In this document: positions 27,493-36,274 of the stretch, piece by piece
Numbering within the stretch: the stretch's first letter is position 1
Layout: each line of letters opens with the position of its first letter
DNA from: Gammaproteobacteria bacterium
GTDB taxonomy: Bacteria; Pseudomonadota; Gammaproteobacteria; Pseudomonadales; Azotimanducaceae
Reading direction: 5' to 3'
Length of the DNA stretch: 53,181 nt
Assembly: GCA_032124855.1 (NCBI GenBank)
Contig: JAQBCT010000376.1
Span: 1 to 53,181 of the forward strand
Program-made: the position numbers and the translations under genes
The notes under the pieces: model-generated
Told to the model about the DNA's origin: nothing
What the model saw: only the letters and a program-made list of their open reading frames with translations
Database searches by the model: none

Positions 27493-27972
27493 ATGGCCAA
27501 GTTCAATGACCTCACGATGAAATCCATCACCGGAGAGGCTGTCGCCTTTTCCAGTTTCAAGGACAAGGTCTGCCTCGTCGTCAACGTCGCGAGTCAGTGA
27601 GGCCTCACCCCGCAGTACGCAGGTCTGCGTACCCTTCATGAAGATAACAAGGCCAAGGGCTTCGCGGTCCTGGGCTTCCCGTGTAATCAGTTCGGAAAAC
27701 AGGAACCCGGCAGCAATGCTGAGGTCCTGAAATTCGCCCAGTCCAAATATGACGTCACGTTTCCGATGTTTGAGAAGATCGAGGTCAACGGCGCCGGCGC
27801 GTGTGATCTCTACCAGCATCTGAAAGCGGAGCAGAAGGACGAAGACGGCAAGGCCGATATCGGCTGGAACTTCACGAAGTTCCTCGTCGATCGAAAAGGT
27901 GAGGTCATTGCACGCTTCGGGCCGAAGACCACGCCAGAAGAGATCGCCGCGGTGCTGCCGAAGTATCTTTGA
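27493..27972 (+). CDS. gpx: Glutathione peroxidase with in-frame UGA at the catalytic position (candidate selenocysteine GPx)
   Basis: RBS GGAGGA at 27479-27484 and ATG at 27493. Codon 36 is TGA (27598-27600). The same frame then stays open to the TGA stop at 27970-27972 and joins track ORF 27766..27972. Translation reads ...KVCLVVNVASQ-U-GLTPQYAGLRTL...GFAVLGFPCNQFGKQEPG...WNFTKFLVDRKGEV. The UGA sits where GPx/BtuE homologues have Cys (NVAS.CG.T). The Gln, Trp and Asn tetrad blocks are intact. Confidence 0.7.
27615..27632 (+). promoter_or_regulatory. SECIS-like mRNA hairpin downstream of the in-frame UGA
   Basis: GTACGCA-GGTC-TGCGTAC is a perfect 7-bp stem plus tetraloop, or 8 bp if the GT centre is ignored. 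It starts 14 nt after the UGA. Its apical GCAGGUCUGC is the same decamer I recall from the E. coli fdhF SECIS. Confidence 0.55.
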
Positions 27973-27979
27973 TGCGCGC

Positions 27980-28007
27980 GAGCGCTTCAGCTGAAGCTGA
28001 AGCGCTC
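27980..28007. terminator. Bidirectional hairpin between the convergent gpx and SDR genes (REP-related sequence)
   Basis: GAGCGCTTCAG-CTGAAG-CTGAAGCGCTC gives an 11-bp perfect stem. It begins 8 nt after the gpx stop and overlaps the last codons and stop of the SDR gene. There is no clear T-tract. Confidence 0.4.
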
Positions 28008-28961
28008 CCCGCACAGCCGTTCGGAGAGTTCCCACAAGCGCTCCGCAGCCGCTGGATCCAGCGCATCTGCGTTCACGCCGCTGATGCGTTCGCCCTCTGC
28101 GGCCGTCTTCGCCACGTTGCAGTCCTCCAGGTATTGCCCGCCGTGGCCGTCCAGCAGTTTCGATGTGGCGGCCCAGGTCGCAGTGGCGGCACCACCCTGC
28201 ACGGTCTTGAAGCCTTCGCGCGGTTTGCCGTTCTCATCGAACCAGCCCATGGCGTTCATTTCATCGAACGTCAGATCCTTCTGCAGGCCCGTCATGATGC
28301 CGCCGGGGTGCACGGCAAATGCGCGCACGCCGGCGTCGCATAGTCGCTTATCGAGACCCACGGTAAACAGCACGTTGGCCGTCTTGGCCTGACCATAGGC
28401 CTGCCACTTATCGTACGCGCGTCGTTCAAAATGCGGATCGTCGAAATCCACGCCGGCGATTTTGTGCCCGGTGGAGGAGAGATTGACCACGCGCGCCGGC
28501 GCACCGCGGCGCAATGCCGGCGCCAGCAGACACGTCAGCAGAAAGTGACCCATGTGATTGGTCGCGAACTGCGATTCCCAGCCGGCCTCGGAGCGCGCCA
28601 GAGGACACGCCATGATGCCGGCGTTGTTGATCAGAATGTGCAGGGGCGCACCCGTATCGAGAAACGATTTCGCAAAGGCGCGTACGCTGGCCGGATCGAT
28701 GAGATCCATCTCTGCCACGCGCATGTTGTCGTTGCCAGTGTCGGCTCGGATGTCCGCGGCCACCGCTTCACCCTTCGCCATGCTGCGCACGGGCAGCCAT
28801 AGGTTCGCGCCCGCTTTGGCCAGTGCACGCGCAGCTTCAACACCGATGCCCGATGCCGCGCCGGTGACGATCGCGGTTTTGCCCGCGAGGTTGATCTGCT
28901 TCACCACCTCCAGGGCCGTCGAACCGTGCCCGAAAGGCGAATTGATGGGTTGCTGTGCCAT
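27987..28961 (-). CDS. Short-chain dehydrogenase/reductase (SDR) family oxidoreductase
   Basis: ATG at 28961 (RBS GGAGAA) in ORF 27987..29033. Contains TGAASGIG (TGxxxGxG), NNAG and the YGQAK catalytic YxxxK. Confidence 0.85.
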   Translation of the reverse strand: MAQQPINSPFGHGSTALEVVKQINLAGKTAIVTGAASGIGVEAARALAKAGANLWLPVRSMAKGEAVAADIRADTGNDNMRVAEMDLIDPASVRAFAKSFLDTGAPLHILINNAGIMACPLARSEAGWESQFATNHMGHFLLTCLLAPALRRGAPARVVNLSSTGHKIAGVDFDDPHFERRAYDKWQAYGQAKTANVLFTVGLDKRLCDAGVRAFAVHPGGIMTGLQKDLTFDEMNAMGWFDENGKPREGFKTVQGGAATATWAATSKLLDGHGGQYLEDCNVAKTAAEGERISGVNADALDPAAAERLWELSERLCGERFSFS

Positions 28962-28989
28962 GGCTGTTCTCCGATGAATGAACGGGGGT

Positions 28990-29484
28990 CTATGTTCGGG
29001 GTTTGATGCCAAGCCGTGCGCGGCCACGCTCAATGGCGAGACGCGACAGATCCCGATTGCCGGTCTGCCAGGTCATATGCAGGGCCATGGCCTGGATGCG
29101 CCAGCCGTCGGGCCGCCGGATCAGATCGTGCGCGTAGTAGCCGCCGATGGTCCAACGATTTTCCGATGGCGCATCGTCGATGATGAAATGCTCGGCCTGC
29201 ATATACACCACGGTGTCAGCCCGATCGCCCTGCACCGTCACGGCGTGGTTGGTGAACGAATGCTGCGTAGGGCCGAAGCCTGCAAACAGCACCTCGGCGC
29301 TGCGTACCCAGCGATCCGCCGAATAGGTACCCGGCTTCATGCCCACGGAACTGAATTCCATCTCGATGGAGTCGGTGAAGATCGAGCGCAGGAGCGGCCA
29401 GTCGCGACGATCCAGTCCGGTTGCATAGCAGTTCACCAGATCGATGATCGCTGCCCTATCGAACAGATTTTGCGGGTCCGCCAC
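28990..29484 (-). CDS. SnoaL-like / NTF2-fold protein
   Basis: ORF 28990..29484. The N-terminal FDRAAIIDLVNCYATGLDRRDW pattern is typical of SnoaL_4-type proteins. Confidence 0.65.
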   Translation of the reverse strand: MADPQNLFDRAAIIDLVNCYATGLDRRDWPLLRSIFTDSIEMEFSSVGMKPGTYSADRWVRSAEVLFAGFGPTQHSFTNHAVTVQGDRADTVVYMQAEHFIIDDAPSENRWTIGGYYAHDLIRRPDGWRIQAMALHMTWQTGNRDLSRLAIERGRARLGIKPRT

Positions 29485-29607
29485 GGTGGCTGGCCGAAGT
29501 GATTAGAAGGGCCATGTTGGCCATCGCAACGTGATTGAGCAAGGCTGTGTTGAATACGCCAGCGCGTGGCGTTAGCGTGCACTCCCCCTGAACACACTGG
29601 AGTGCCG

Positions 29608-30570
29608 ATGAAGGCGGTGTACTGCGAAAAGCTTGGTGGGCCCGATGAGCTGGTGGTGCGTGATATCGAACCGCCCGGCGCGCCTGCCGATGACGAGGTG
29701 CAGATTGCGGTCGCGGCGCGCGGTGTCGCCTTCACCGACGTGTTGATGGTGGCGGGGCAGTATCAAGTGAAACCGCAGTTGCCGTTCATTGTCGGCGGTG
29801 AGGGAGCCGGCCGGATCACGGCGGTGGGCGCCAAGGTGAGCGGCCTGCGTGTGGGTGACTCAGTGCTTGCGCCGGCCGGCTGTGTGGAACAGGTGAACGT
29901 TGCTGCCGCGCGCGTCACGCCATTGCCGGCCGGCGTTGATCTCGAAGCCGCTGCGGCATTTCGTGGCAACTACGCGACGGCTTACTACGCCATGCAACGT
30001 GCACAGCTGCGCGCGGGTGAAACCCTGCTGGTGCACGGTGCCGCCGGCGGTGTGGGTCTGGCCGCCGTAGACATCGGCAAGCTGTATGGCGCCACGGTGA
30101 TTGCGACAGCGGGTACCGATGAGAAGCTGGCGGTTGTCAAAACGCTCGGCGCGGACCACGTCATCAACTACAGCAGTGGCGGCTTTCGCGATGCGGTGAA
30201 GGAACTCACGGGCGGCCGCGGCGCCGATGTCATCTACGATCCGGTCGGCGGCGATGTATTTGATGAATCGATGCGCTGCATCGCGCCATTCGGCCGCATT
30301 CTCATTGTGGGCTTCACCGCGGGGCGGCCGGCGCTGGCGAAAACCAATCATCTGCTGATCAAGGATGCGGCCGTGATCGGCTTCACGGTGGGCGCACTGC
30401 AGCGCAACGATCCGGCCTGGGCGAAGCGCAATGCCGATGTGCTGATGGGCTGGCTTGGCAGCGGCCGCATCAAGCCGTATATCTCGCACCGGGTAAAAAT
30501 CGAAAACACCGCCGATGCGCTCAAGCTGATCATCGATCGCAAAGTGATCGGCAAGGCCATCATCGTTTAA
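29608..30570 (+). CDS. NADPH:quinone oxidoreductase (medium-chain dehydrogenase/reductase, zeta-crystallin type)
   Basis: ATG at 29608 (MKAVYCEKLGGPDELVV) in ORF 29566..30570. Contains the cofactor motif VHGAAGGVG. Confidence 0.85.
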   Translation: MKAVYCEKLGGPDELVVRDIEPPGAPADDEVQIAVAARGVAFTDVLMVAGQYQVKPQLPFIVGGEGAGRITAVGAKVSGLRVGDSVLAPAGCVEQVNVAAARVTPLPAGVDLEAAAAFRGNYATAYYAMQRAQLRAGETLLVHGAAGGVGLAAVDIGKLYGATVIATAGTDEKLAVVKTLGADHVINYSSGGFRDAVKELTGGRGADVIYDPVGGDVFDESMRCIAPFGRILIVGFTAGRPALAKTNHLLIKDAAVIGFTVGALQRNDPAWAKRNADVLMGWLGSGRIKPYISHRVKIENTADALKLIIDRKVIGKAIIV

Positions 30571-30572
30571 GT

Positions 30573-31376
30573 ATGGCGCGCGTCATCTCCCTGGCTGCTG
30601 GTGTACTGCCGGAATTTCCACCCGACGTCATCGTGCACGCGGCGGCGGAGGCGGGCTACGGCGCCAGTGGGATCTGGTGCGACGTGGATACATGGACCGA
30701 TGCGACGACCCACGCCGTTGCCCGCCAATTGCGTGAAGGGGCGCTGCTGGCGCTGGACATCGAAGTGGTCTGGATTCGCCCGGGTCGAGATGTCGGCACC
30801 GCCGCGCGCCGTCTGATCGACATCGGTGCTGAGCTCGGTGCGCGCAACGTTCTGATCGTCAGTGCGAACCCGGATCCCATCGAGACGCGGCAACATTACG
30901 CCGCGTTGTGCGAACTGGCGGCGCGCGCGGGCATGCGTGCAGCGCTCGAATTCCTGATGATCGCCGAGGTGAAGACGCTGGCCGAGGCGCTGGCAATTGT
31001 GACCGATGTGAACCATCCGGCTGGCGGTGTACTCATCGACGCGCTGCACCTGCAGCGGTGCGGTGCGCAGATTGCAGACGTGCGCGCGGTTGCGCCGCAT
31101 CTGCTGCCGTATATCCAATTGTGCGATGCACCTGCCACGCTGCCGATAACCAGCTACGAGGCTTACCTGGCCGATGCGCTGGATGGACGCAGCGCTGCCG
31201 GTGAAGGTGAATTGCCACTGCGCGCATTGCTCGACGCGGTGCCGGCCGAGGTGCCGCTCAGTCTCGAGGTGCGTTCGAAGTGGTATCGCGAGCGCTACGC
31301 AGACCCCGTGCAGCGCGCGCGTGCGATACTTCGCACCACAGAACGCTTCCTGCACCCACCCACCCATCGCGAATAG
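30573..31376 (+). CDS. Sugar phosphate isomerase/epimerase (xylose isomerase-like TIM barrel)
   Basis: ORF 30573..31376, starting 2 nt after the previous stop. Length and the LEF....E / D..H pattern are consistent with the AP-endonuclease-2/xylose-isomerase-like fold. The assignment is moderately confident. Confidence 0.6.
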   Translation: MARVISLAAGVLPEFPPDVIVHAAAEAGYGASGIWCDVDTWTDATTHAVARQLREGALLALDIEVVWIRPGRDVGTAARRLIDIGAELGARNVLIVSANPDPIETRQHYAALCELAARAGMRAALEFLMIAEVKTLAEALAIVTDVNHPAGGVLIDALHLQRCGAQIADVRAVAPHLLPYIQLCDAPATLPITSYEAYLADALDGRSAAGEGELPLRALLDAVPAEVPLSLEVRSKWYRERYADPVQRARAILRTTERFLHPPTHRE

Positions 31377-31381
31377 ACCCT

Positions 31382-32587
31382 ATGCAGTTTGGTATTGATC
31401 GTTTGTTGTCCGACGCTTCGCTGAGAGCGCAACTGAAGGGTCGGCGCGTTGCGCTCTTGGCACATCCGGCGTCCGTCACGCGGGACCTGACGCATACGTT
31501 GGATGCGCTGTCCGTATGCGCCGATCTCGATGTCACCGCCGCGTTCGGCCCCCAACACGGGCTGCGTGGCGATAAGCAGGACAACATGATCGAAACCCCG
31601 GACTACCGCGATCCGGTGCATGGCATTCCGGTTTTCAGTCTCTACGGCACCGTGCGCCGGCCCACTGCATCGATGATGGATACGTTTGATGTGCTGTTGG
31701 TCGATCTGCAGGACGTGGGCTGCCGTATCTACACGTTCATCACGACGCTGAAATACGTGCTTGATGCCGCCGCGCAACACGGTAAGACCGTGTGGGTACT
31801 CGATCGTCCCAATCCTGCGGGACGGGTGGTGGAAGGATTGCGGCTGCAACCGGGCGAGGAGAGCTTCGTCGGCGCGGGTCCGCTGCCCATGCGCCACGGG
31901 CTGACACTGGGGGAGTTGGGACACTGGTTCATCTCGACACTGGCGCTCGACCTGAATTATCGCGTGGTGGAGATGGAAGGCTGGCAACCCGACGCCGCCC
32001 CAGGTTTCGGCTGGCCGTCACATGAGCGCAGCTGGGTAAACCCCAGTCCCAATGCGGCCAATCTGTGGATGGCACGTTGTTTCGCAGGCACGGTCATGGT
32101 GGAAGGCACCACGCTGTCTGAAGGGCGCGGCACCACGCGCCCGTTGGAACTGTTTGGCGCGCCGGACATCGATGCGCGCACGCTGCTGGCCGCCATGCAC
32201 GAGATGGCCCCGCAATGGCTGGCGGGTTGCCGCCTGCGCGAATGCTGGTTCGAGCCCACGTTTCAGAAGCATCAGGGCGCGTTGTGCAATGGCCTGCAGA
32301 TTCATGTTGAAGGCGCAGATTACGACCACGCGCAGTTTCGGCCGTGGCGACTCGTGGCACTTGCCTTCAAAACGCTGCGCACGCAACGGCCGGACTATCC
32401 GCTGTGGCGCGACTTTGACTACGAATATGAACATGGGCGTATGGCCATCGACGTGATCAACGGTGGACCGCAACTGCGCGAATGGGTGGACGATGCCGCG
32501 GCCACGGTTGAGGATCTGGACGCGCTCGCGATTGCCGACGAATCATCGTGGCGCGGTGAACGCGCGCGCTATCTGATCTATCGCTGA
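31382..32587 (+). CDS. DUF1343 family protein (NamZ-like exo-beta-N-acetylmuramidase family)
   Basis: ATG at 31382 (MQFGIDRLL...LKGRRVALLAHPASV) in ORF 31280..32587. The later blocks FGPQHG.RGD and DLQDVG.R.YT are typical of DUF1343. Confidence 0.75.
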   Translation: MQFGIDRLLSDASLRAQLKGRRVALLAHPASVTRDLTHTLDALSVCADLDVTAAFGPQHGLRGDKQDNMIETPDYRDPVHGIPVFSLYGTVRRPTASMMDTFDVLLVDLQDVGCRIYTFITTLKYVLDAAAQHGKTVWVLDRPNPAGRVVEGLRLQPGEESFVGAGPLPMRHGLTLGELGHWFISTLALDLNYRVVEMEGWQPDAAPGFGWPSHERSWVNPSPNAANLWMARCFAGTVMVEGTTLSEGRGTTRPLELFGAPDIDARTLLAAMHEMAPQWLAGCRLRECWFEPTFQKHQGALCNGLQIHVEGADYDHAQFRPWRLVALAFKTLRTQRPDYPLWRDFDYEYEHGRMAIDVINGGPQLREWVDDAAATVEDLDALAIADESSWRGERARYLIYR

Positions 32588-32675
32588 GTTCGCGGCGCCA
32601 GTCGTCGAAATGCTCTGGGCACGGGTCGCGGCCGTATGCGCGCTACCCGATCTTTCGTCGCGGGGTGACCCTGGT

Positions 32676-32705
32676 TTGCCTATGCCGTCGAGAGATGCCT
32701 ACAAT
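32676..32705 (+). promoter_or_regulatory. Possible sigma70 promoter upstream of the sulfatase/Bat gene string
   Basis: TTGCCT (32676-32681), an 18-nt spacer, then TACAAT (32700-32705). Pattern match only. Confidence 0.25.
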
Positions 32706-32803
32706 GCCTGCGCAATTCGCTCTGATTCGTCGCTCGCTGCGGTGACTGGACGTACGGCTGAGCGTGAGAACCGCCCTTTAATGCAACACTCGAGGTAGCT
32801 TCG

Positions 32804-34345
32804 ATGCAGAAATTCGTCTGCGCGGCATTGGCCGCGTCCGTATTCGTGCTGATGAGTTTGTCGGGTCTGGGCTACGCACAGACCAGCAAGCCGAACATTC
32901 TGGTGATCTGGGGCGACGATATTGGTGGCTTCAATATCAGCGCCAACAACCAGGGGATGATGGGCTATCGCACACCCAACATCGACAGCATTGCCAAGGA
33001 CGGGGCGCTGTTCACCGATTGGTATGGCCAGCAGAGTTGTACAGCCGGACGCGCTGCCTTCATCACGGGCCAGTCGCCGATGCGCACCGGCCTCACCAAA
33101 GTGGGTCTGCCCGGCGCGCCCGAAGGTATGCAGAAAGAAGATCCCACGATCGCGGTGCTGCTGAAGGCACAGGGCTACATGACAGGGCAGTTCGGCAAGA
33201 ATCACCTTGGCGACCGTGACCATATGCTGCCCACGAATCACGGCTTCGACGAATTTCTGGGCAACCTATATCACCTGAATGCTGAGGAAGAGCCGGAAAA
33301 TCCCGACTATCCGAAGGATCCAGCGTTCAAAAAGCAGTTTGGCCCGCGCGGCGTCATTCACAGCTATGCCGATGGACGCATCGAAGACACGGGTCCGCTC
33401 ACCAAGAAGCGCATGGAGACGGTGGACGAGGAAGTCACGGCGCAGGCGCTGGACTTCATGGAGCGCGCCAAGAAGGCCGACAAGCCGTTCTTCGTCTGGT
33501 GGAACAGCACCCGTATGCACATCTGGACGCACCTGAAGCCATCGTCCGTTGGAAAGACCGGCCTCGGTGTATATGCCGACGGCATGGTTGAACACGACGC
33601 GATGGTGGGCCAGTTGCTCGCCAAACTGAAAGAGCTGGGCATCGAAGACAACACCATCGTGATGTATTCCACCGACAACGGCGCCGAATTTTTCTCGTGG
33701 CCCGACGGTGGCACCACCATGTTCCGCAACGAGAAAGCCACGCAATGGGAAGGCGGCTTCCGCGTGCCCACCATGATCCGCTGGCCCGGCGTCATCAAGC
33801 CCGGCACGGTGATCAACGACATCGGCGCCCACGAAGACATGCTGGCCACGCTGGTCGCGGCAGCGGGCGATCCCAACGTCAAAGAGGATCTGCTGAAGGG
33901 TCGCAAAGTCGGCAACATGACGTACAAGGTGCACCTCGACGGCTACAACCTGATGCCCGCACTGAAGGGCGAAGCCGCGTGGCCGCGCCATGAGTTTCTC
34001 TACTGGACCGATGACGGCAGTGTTGCTGCGCTGCGCTACAACAACTGGAAAGTCACGTTCCTGAAGCAGAACGCCCACGGCATCGACGTGTGGCGCGACC
34101 AGTTCCAGGTGCTGCGCGCACCGATGCTGAGCAACTTGCGCATGGACCCGTTCGAGCGCGCCGAGGATGAAAGCATCGGCTACAACAAGTGGTGGGTGGA
34201 GCATATGTTCGCCTTTGCGCCGGCCGGTGCCTATGTCGGCCGGTGGCTGCAGAGTTTTCGGGAGTTCCCACCGCGCCAGAAGCCCGGCAGCTTCAACCTC
34301 GAGCGCGTGATGGAATCGATCACTAAAGGCGCGGGCGACAAGTAG
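32804..34345 (+). CDS. Arylsulfatase (type I sulfatase) with signal peptide
   Basis: ORF 32804..34345. Signal peptide MQKFVCAALAASVFVLMSLSGLGYA. Also NILVIWGDDIG, the formylglycine motif CTAGRAAFITG (C-x-A-x-R) and GKNHLGD. Confidence 0.85.
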   Translation: MQKFVCAALAASVFVLMSLSGLGYAQTSKPNILVIWGDDIGGFNISANNQGMMGYRTPNIDSIAKDGALFTDWYGQQSCTAGRAAFITGQSPMRTGLTKVGLPGAPEGMQKEDPTIAVLLKAQGYMTGQFGKNHLGDRDHMLPTNHGFDEFLGNLYHLNAEEEPENPDYPKDPAFKKQFGPRGVIHSYADGRIEDTGPLTKKRMETVDEEVTAQALDFMERAKKADKPFFVWWNSTRMHIWTHLKPSSVGKTGLGVYADGMVEHDAMVGQLLAKLKELGIEDNTIVMYSTDNGAEFFSWPDGGTTMFRNEKATQWEGGFRVPTMIRWPGVIKPGTVINDIGAHEDMLATLVAAAGDPNVKEDLLKGRKVGNMTYKVHLDGYNLMPALKGEAAWPRHEFLYWTDDGSVAALRYNNWKVTFLKQNAHGIDVWRDQFQVLRAPMLSNLRMDPFERAEDESIGYNKWWVEHMFAFAPAGAYVGRWLQSFREFPPRQKPGSFNLERVMESITKGAGDK

Positions 34346-34377
34346 GGCTGCGCAAACAGGGGTGCGGCGCCGCACGA

Positions 34378-35337
34378 ATGAATTCCCGTGAAGCCTTTCA
34401 ACACATCACCGCCGCGATGAACGCGGCGGTGATCGGCCAGGAAAGGGTAGTTGAACGTCTGCTGATTGCGTTCCTTGCGGACGGTCACGTGCTGATGGAA
34501 GGCCTGCCGGGTGTGGCGAAGACCCGCTCCATCAAGACGCTGGGCAAACTCGTAGAGAGCGAGTTCCGGCGCGTGCAGTTCACGCCGGATCTGCTGCCCG
34601 GCGATGTCACGGGCTCCGAGATCTACCGCGAGCAGACCGGCAGTTTCGAATTCCAGCCGGGCCCTCTGTTTGGCAATCTCGTGCTGGCCGATGAGATCAA
34701 CCGTGCGCCGGCAAAGGTGCAGGCAGCGTTGCTTGAGGCCATGGAAGAACGCCAGGTCACTGTGGCCGGCACCACCCACGCACTGCCACAACTCTTTCTC
34801 GTCCTCGCCACCCAGAATCCCATCGAGCAGGAAGGTACATATCCTTTGCCCGAAGCGCAGATGGACCGCTTCCTGCTGTACGTCAACGTGCCGTATCCGC
34901 CGGCTGCGAACGAGACCGCCATCATGCGACTGGTGCGCGGTGAAAAATCCGGCGCGGCCGGGCAACCGCCGCCGAAGATCGCACAGCAACTGATCTTCGC
35001 CGCGCGCGAAGAAGTCAACGCCGTCCATGTCTCGGAAGCAGCGGAACGCTACATCGTCGATCTGGTGATCGGCACGCGCGAGCCACAGCGCCACGGTGGC
35101 GATCTCGCAAAATGGATCCGTCTGGGCGCCAGTCCGCGCGGCACGCTGGCGCTGGATGCTGCATCGCGCGCGCACGCGTGGCTGCACGACCAGGATTTCG
35201 TGTCACCGGAAAGCATCCGGGCCGTGGCACCAGCCTGTCTCGCACATCGTGTACATCTGTCCTACGAAGCGGAAGCCGCCGGCAAAACCCGCAGCGAAGT
35301 CATCGAGGCGTTGTTGCAGGTCGTCGTACCTGTCTGA
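34378..35337 (+). CDS. MoxR-family AAA+ ATPase
   Basis: ORF 34378..35337. Walker A is GLPGVAKT, Walker B/sensor is LLADEINRAPAKVQAALLEAMEE, and the QNPIEQEGTYPLPEAQ.DRF block is present. Confidence 0.9.
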   Translation: MNSREAFQHITAAMNAAVIGQERVVERLLIAFLADGHVLMEGLPGVAKTRSIKTLGKLVESEFRRVQFTPDLLPGDVTGSEIYREQTGSFEFQPGPLFGNLVLADEINRAPAKVQAALLEAMEERQVTVAGTTHALPQLFLVLATQNPIEQEGTYPLPEAQMDRFLLYVNVPYPPAANETAIMRLVRGEKSGAAGQPPPKIAQQLIFAAREEVNAVHVSEAAERYIVDLVIGTREPQRHGGDLAKWIRLGASPRGTLALDAASRAHAWLHDQDFVSPESIRAVAPACLAHRVHLSYEAEAAGKTRSEVIEALLQVVVPV

Positions 35338-35350
35338 GAGTCACATCCCT

Positions 35351-36274
35351 ATGCAAGCTGGTGTCACCATCGCGCTCGACGAACTGATCCAGCTCAAGGC
35401 CGACGCGCACGGTTTCAGCTTTCTGCCACGCCAACCGGTTACGTCACTGCTCTCGGGTCGGCATGCCTCGCGCTTGCGCGGTCGCGGCCTCGCGTTCGAA
35501 GAGTTGCGCCGCTACGCCCAGGGTGACGATGTGCGCACCATCGACTGGCGTGCCACGGCGCGGCTTCGCTCCCCGCATGTGCGTGTATACAGCGAGGAAC
35601 GTGAACGGCCCGTGTTGTTGGTGGTGGATCAACGTCGCGCGATGTTTTTCGGCAGCCGCCGTGCAATGAAGTCGGTGGCGGCCGCTGAGGTGGCAGCGTT
35701 GGGCGCGTGGCGCGCGCTGGCAGGCGGTGATCGCGTGGGCGGCATCGTGTTCAACGACAACGAAATAGTTGAGCTGCGCCGCCATCGCAGCCAGACACGC
35801 GTGTTGCGTGTGCTCCATGAAGTGGCGCGGCTCAATCAGTTGCTTGCGCAGCCCGCTGAATCGCAAGTCAGCCGGGTGAGCTTGAACCACGCGCTGGAGG
35901 CCGCAACGCGGCGTGCGCAACACGACCATCTGGTGGTGCTGATCAGCGATCTGGACGGCGCCGATGAACACACTCATCGGCTTGCAACTCTGCTCGCCGC
36001 ACACAACGACGTGCTGGTGGTGGGCATCTATGATCCACTGGGCGCATCGTTGCGCGGCCGAGACGGCATGTTTGCCACCGATCGCGGCGCCACGTACGCC
36101 ATTCCCGCGGGAGCCGCATTTGCGCAGGCATTTCGGCAGGCTTTTGCGGCGCACATCGGCCAGTGGCGGGAGCTGTTTCGCGCGTTGCGCGTTCCGGTGA
36201 TCCCGATTTCCACGGCGGCGCCGCCCGCACAACAACTGCGCGAGCTGTTCGGCCGGCAGTCCGCAGGGCAATGA
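35351..36274 (+). CDS. DUF58 domain protein (MoxR-associated, vWA-like)
   Basis: ATG at 35351 in ORF 35096..36274. Contains the characteristic RRYAQGDDVRTIDWRATAR motif. Confidence 0.8.
   Translation: MQAGVTIALDELIQLKADAHGFSFLPRQPVTSLLSGRHASRLRGRGLAFEELRRYAQGDDVRTIDWRATARLRSPHVRVYSEERERPVLLVVDQRRAMFFGSRRAMKSVAAAEVAALGAWRALAGGDRVGGIVFNDNEIVELRRHRSQTRVLRVLHEVARLNQLLAQPAESQVSRVSLNHALEAATRRAQHDHLVVLISDLDGADEHTHRLATLLAAHNDVLVVGIYDPLGASLRGRDGMFATDRGATYAIPAGAAFAQAFRQAFAAHIGQWRELFRALRVPVIPISTAAPPAQQLRELFGRQSAGQ

Noticed and set aside
27457-28035. 192-aa ORF on the minus strand spanning the whole gpx locus
   Set aside because: It is antisense to a recognisable glutathione peroxidase reading frame. 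Its sequence has no family resemblance. The plus-strand frame explains the region once the UGA is read through.
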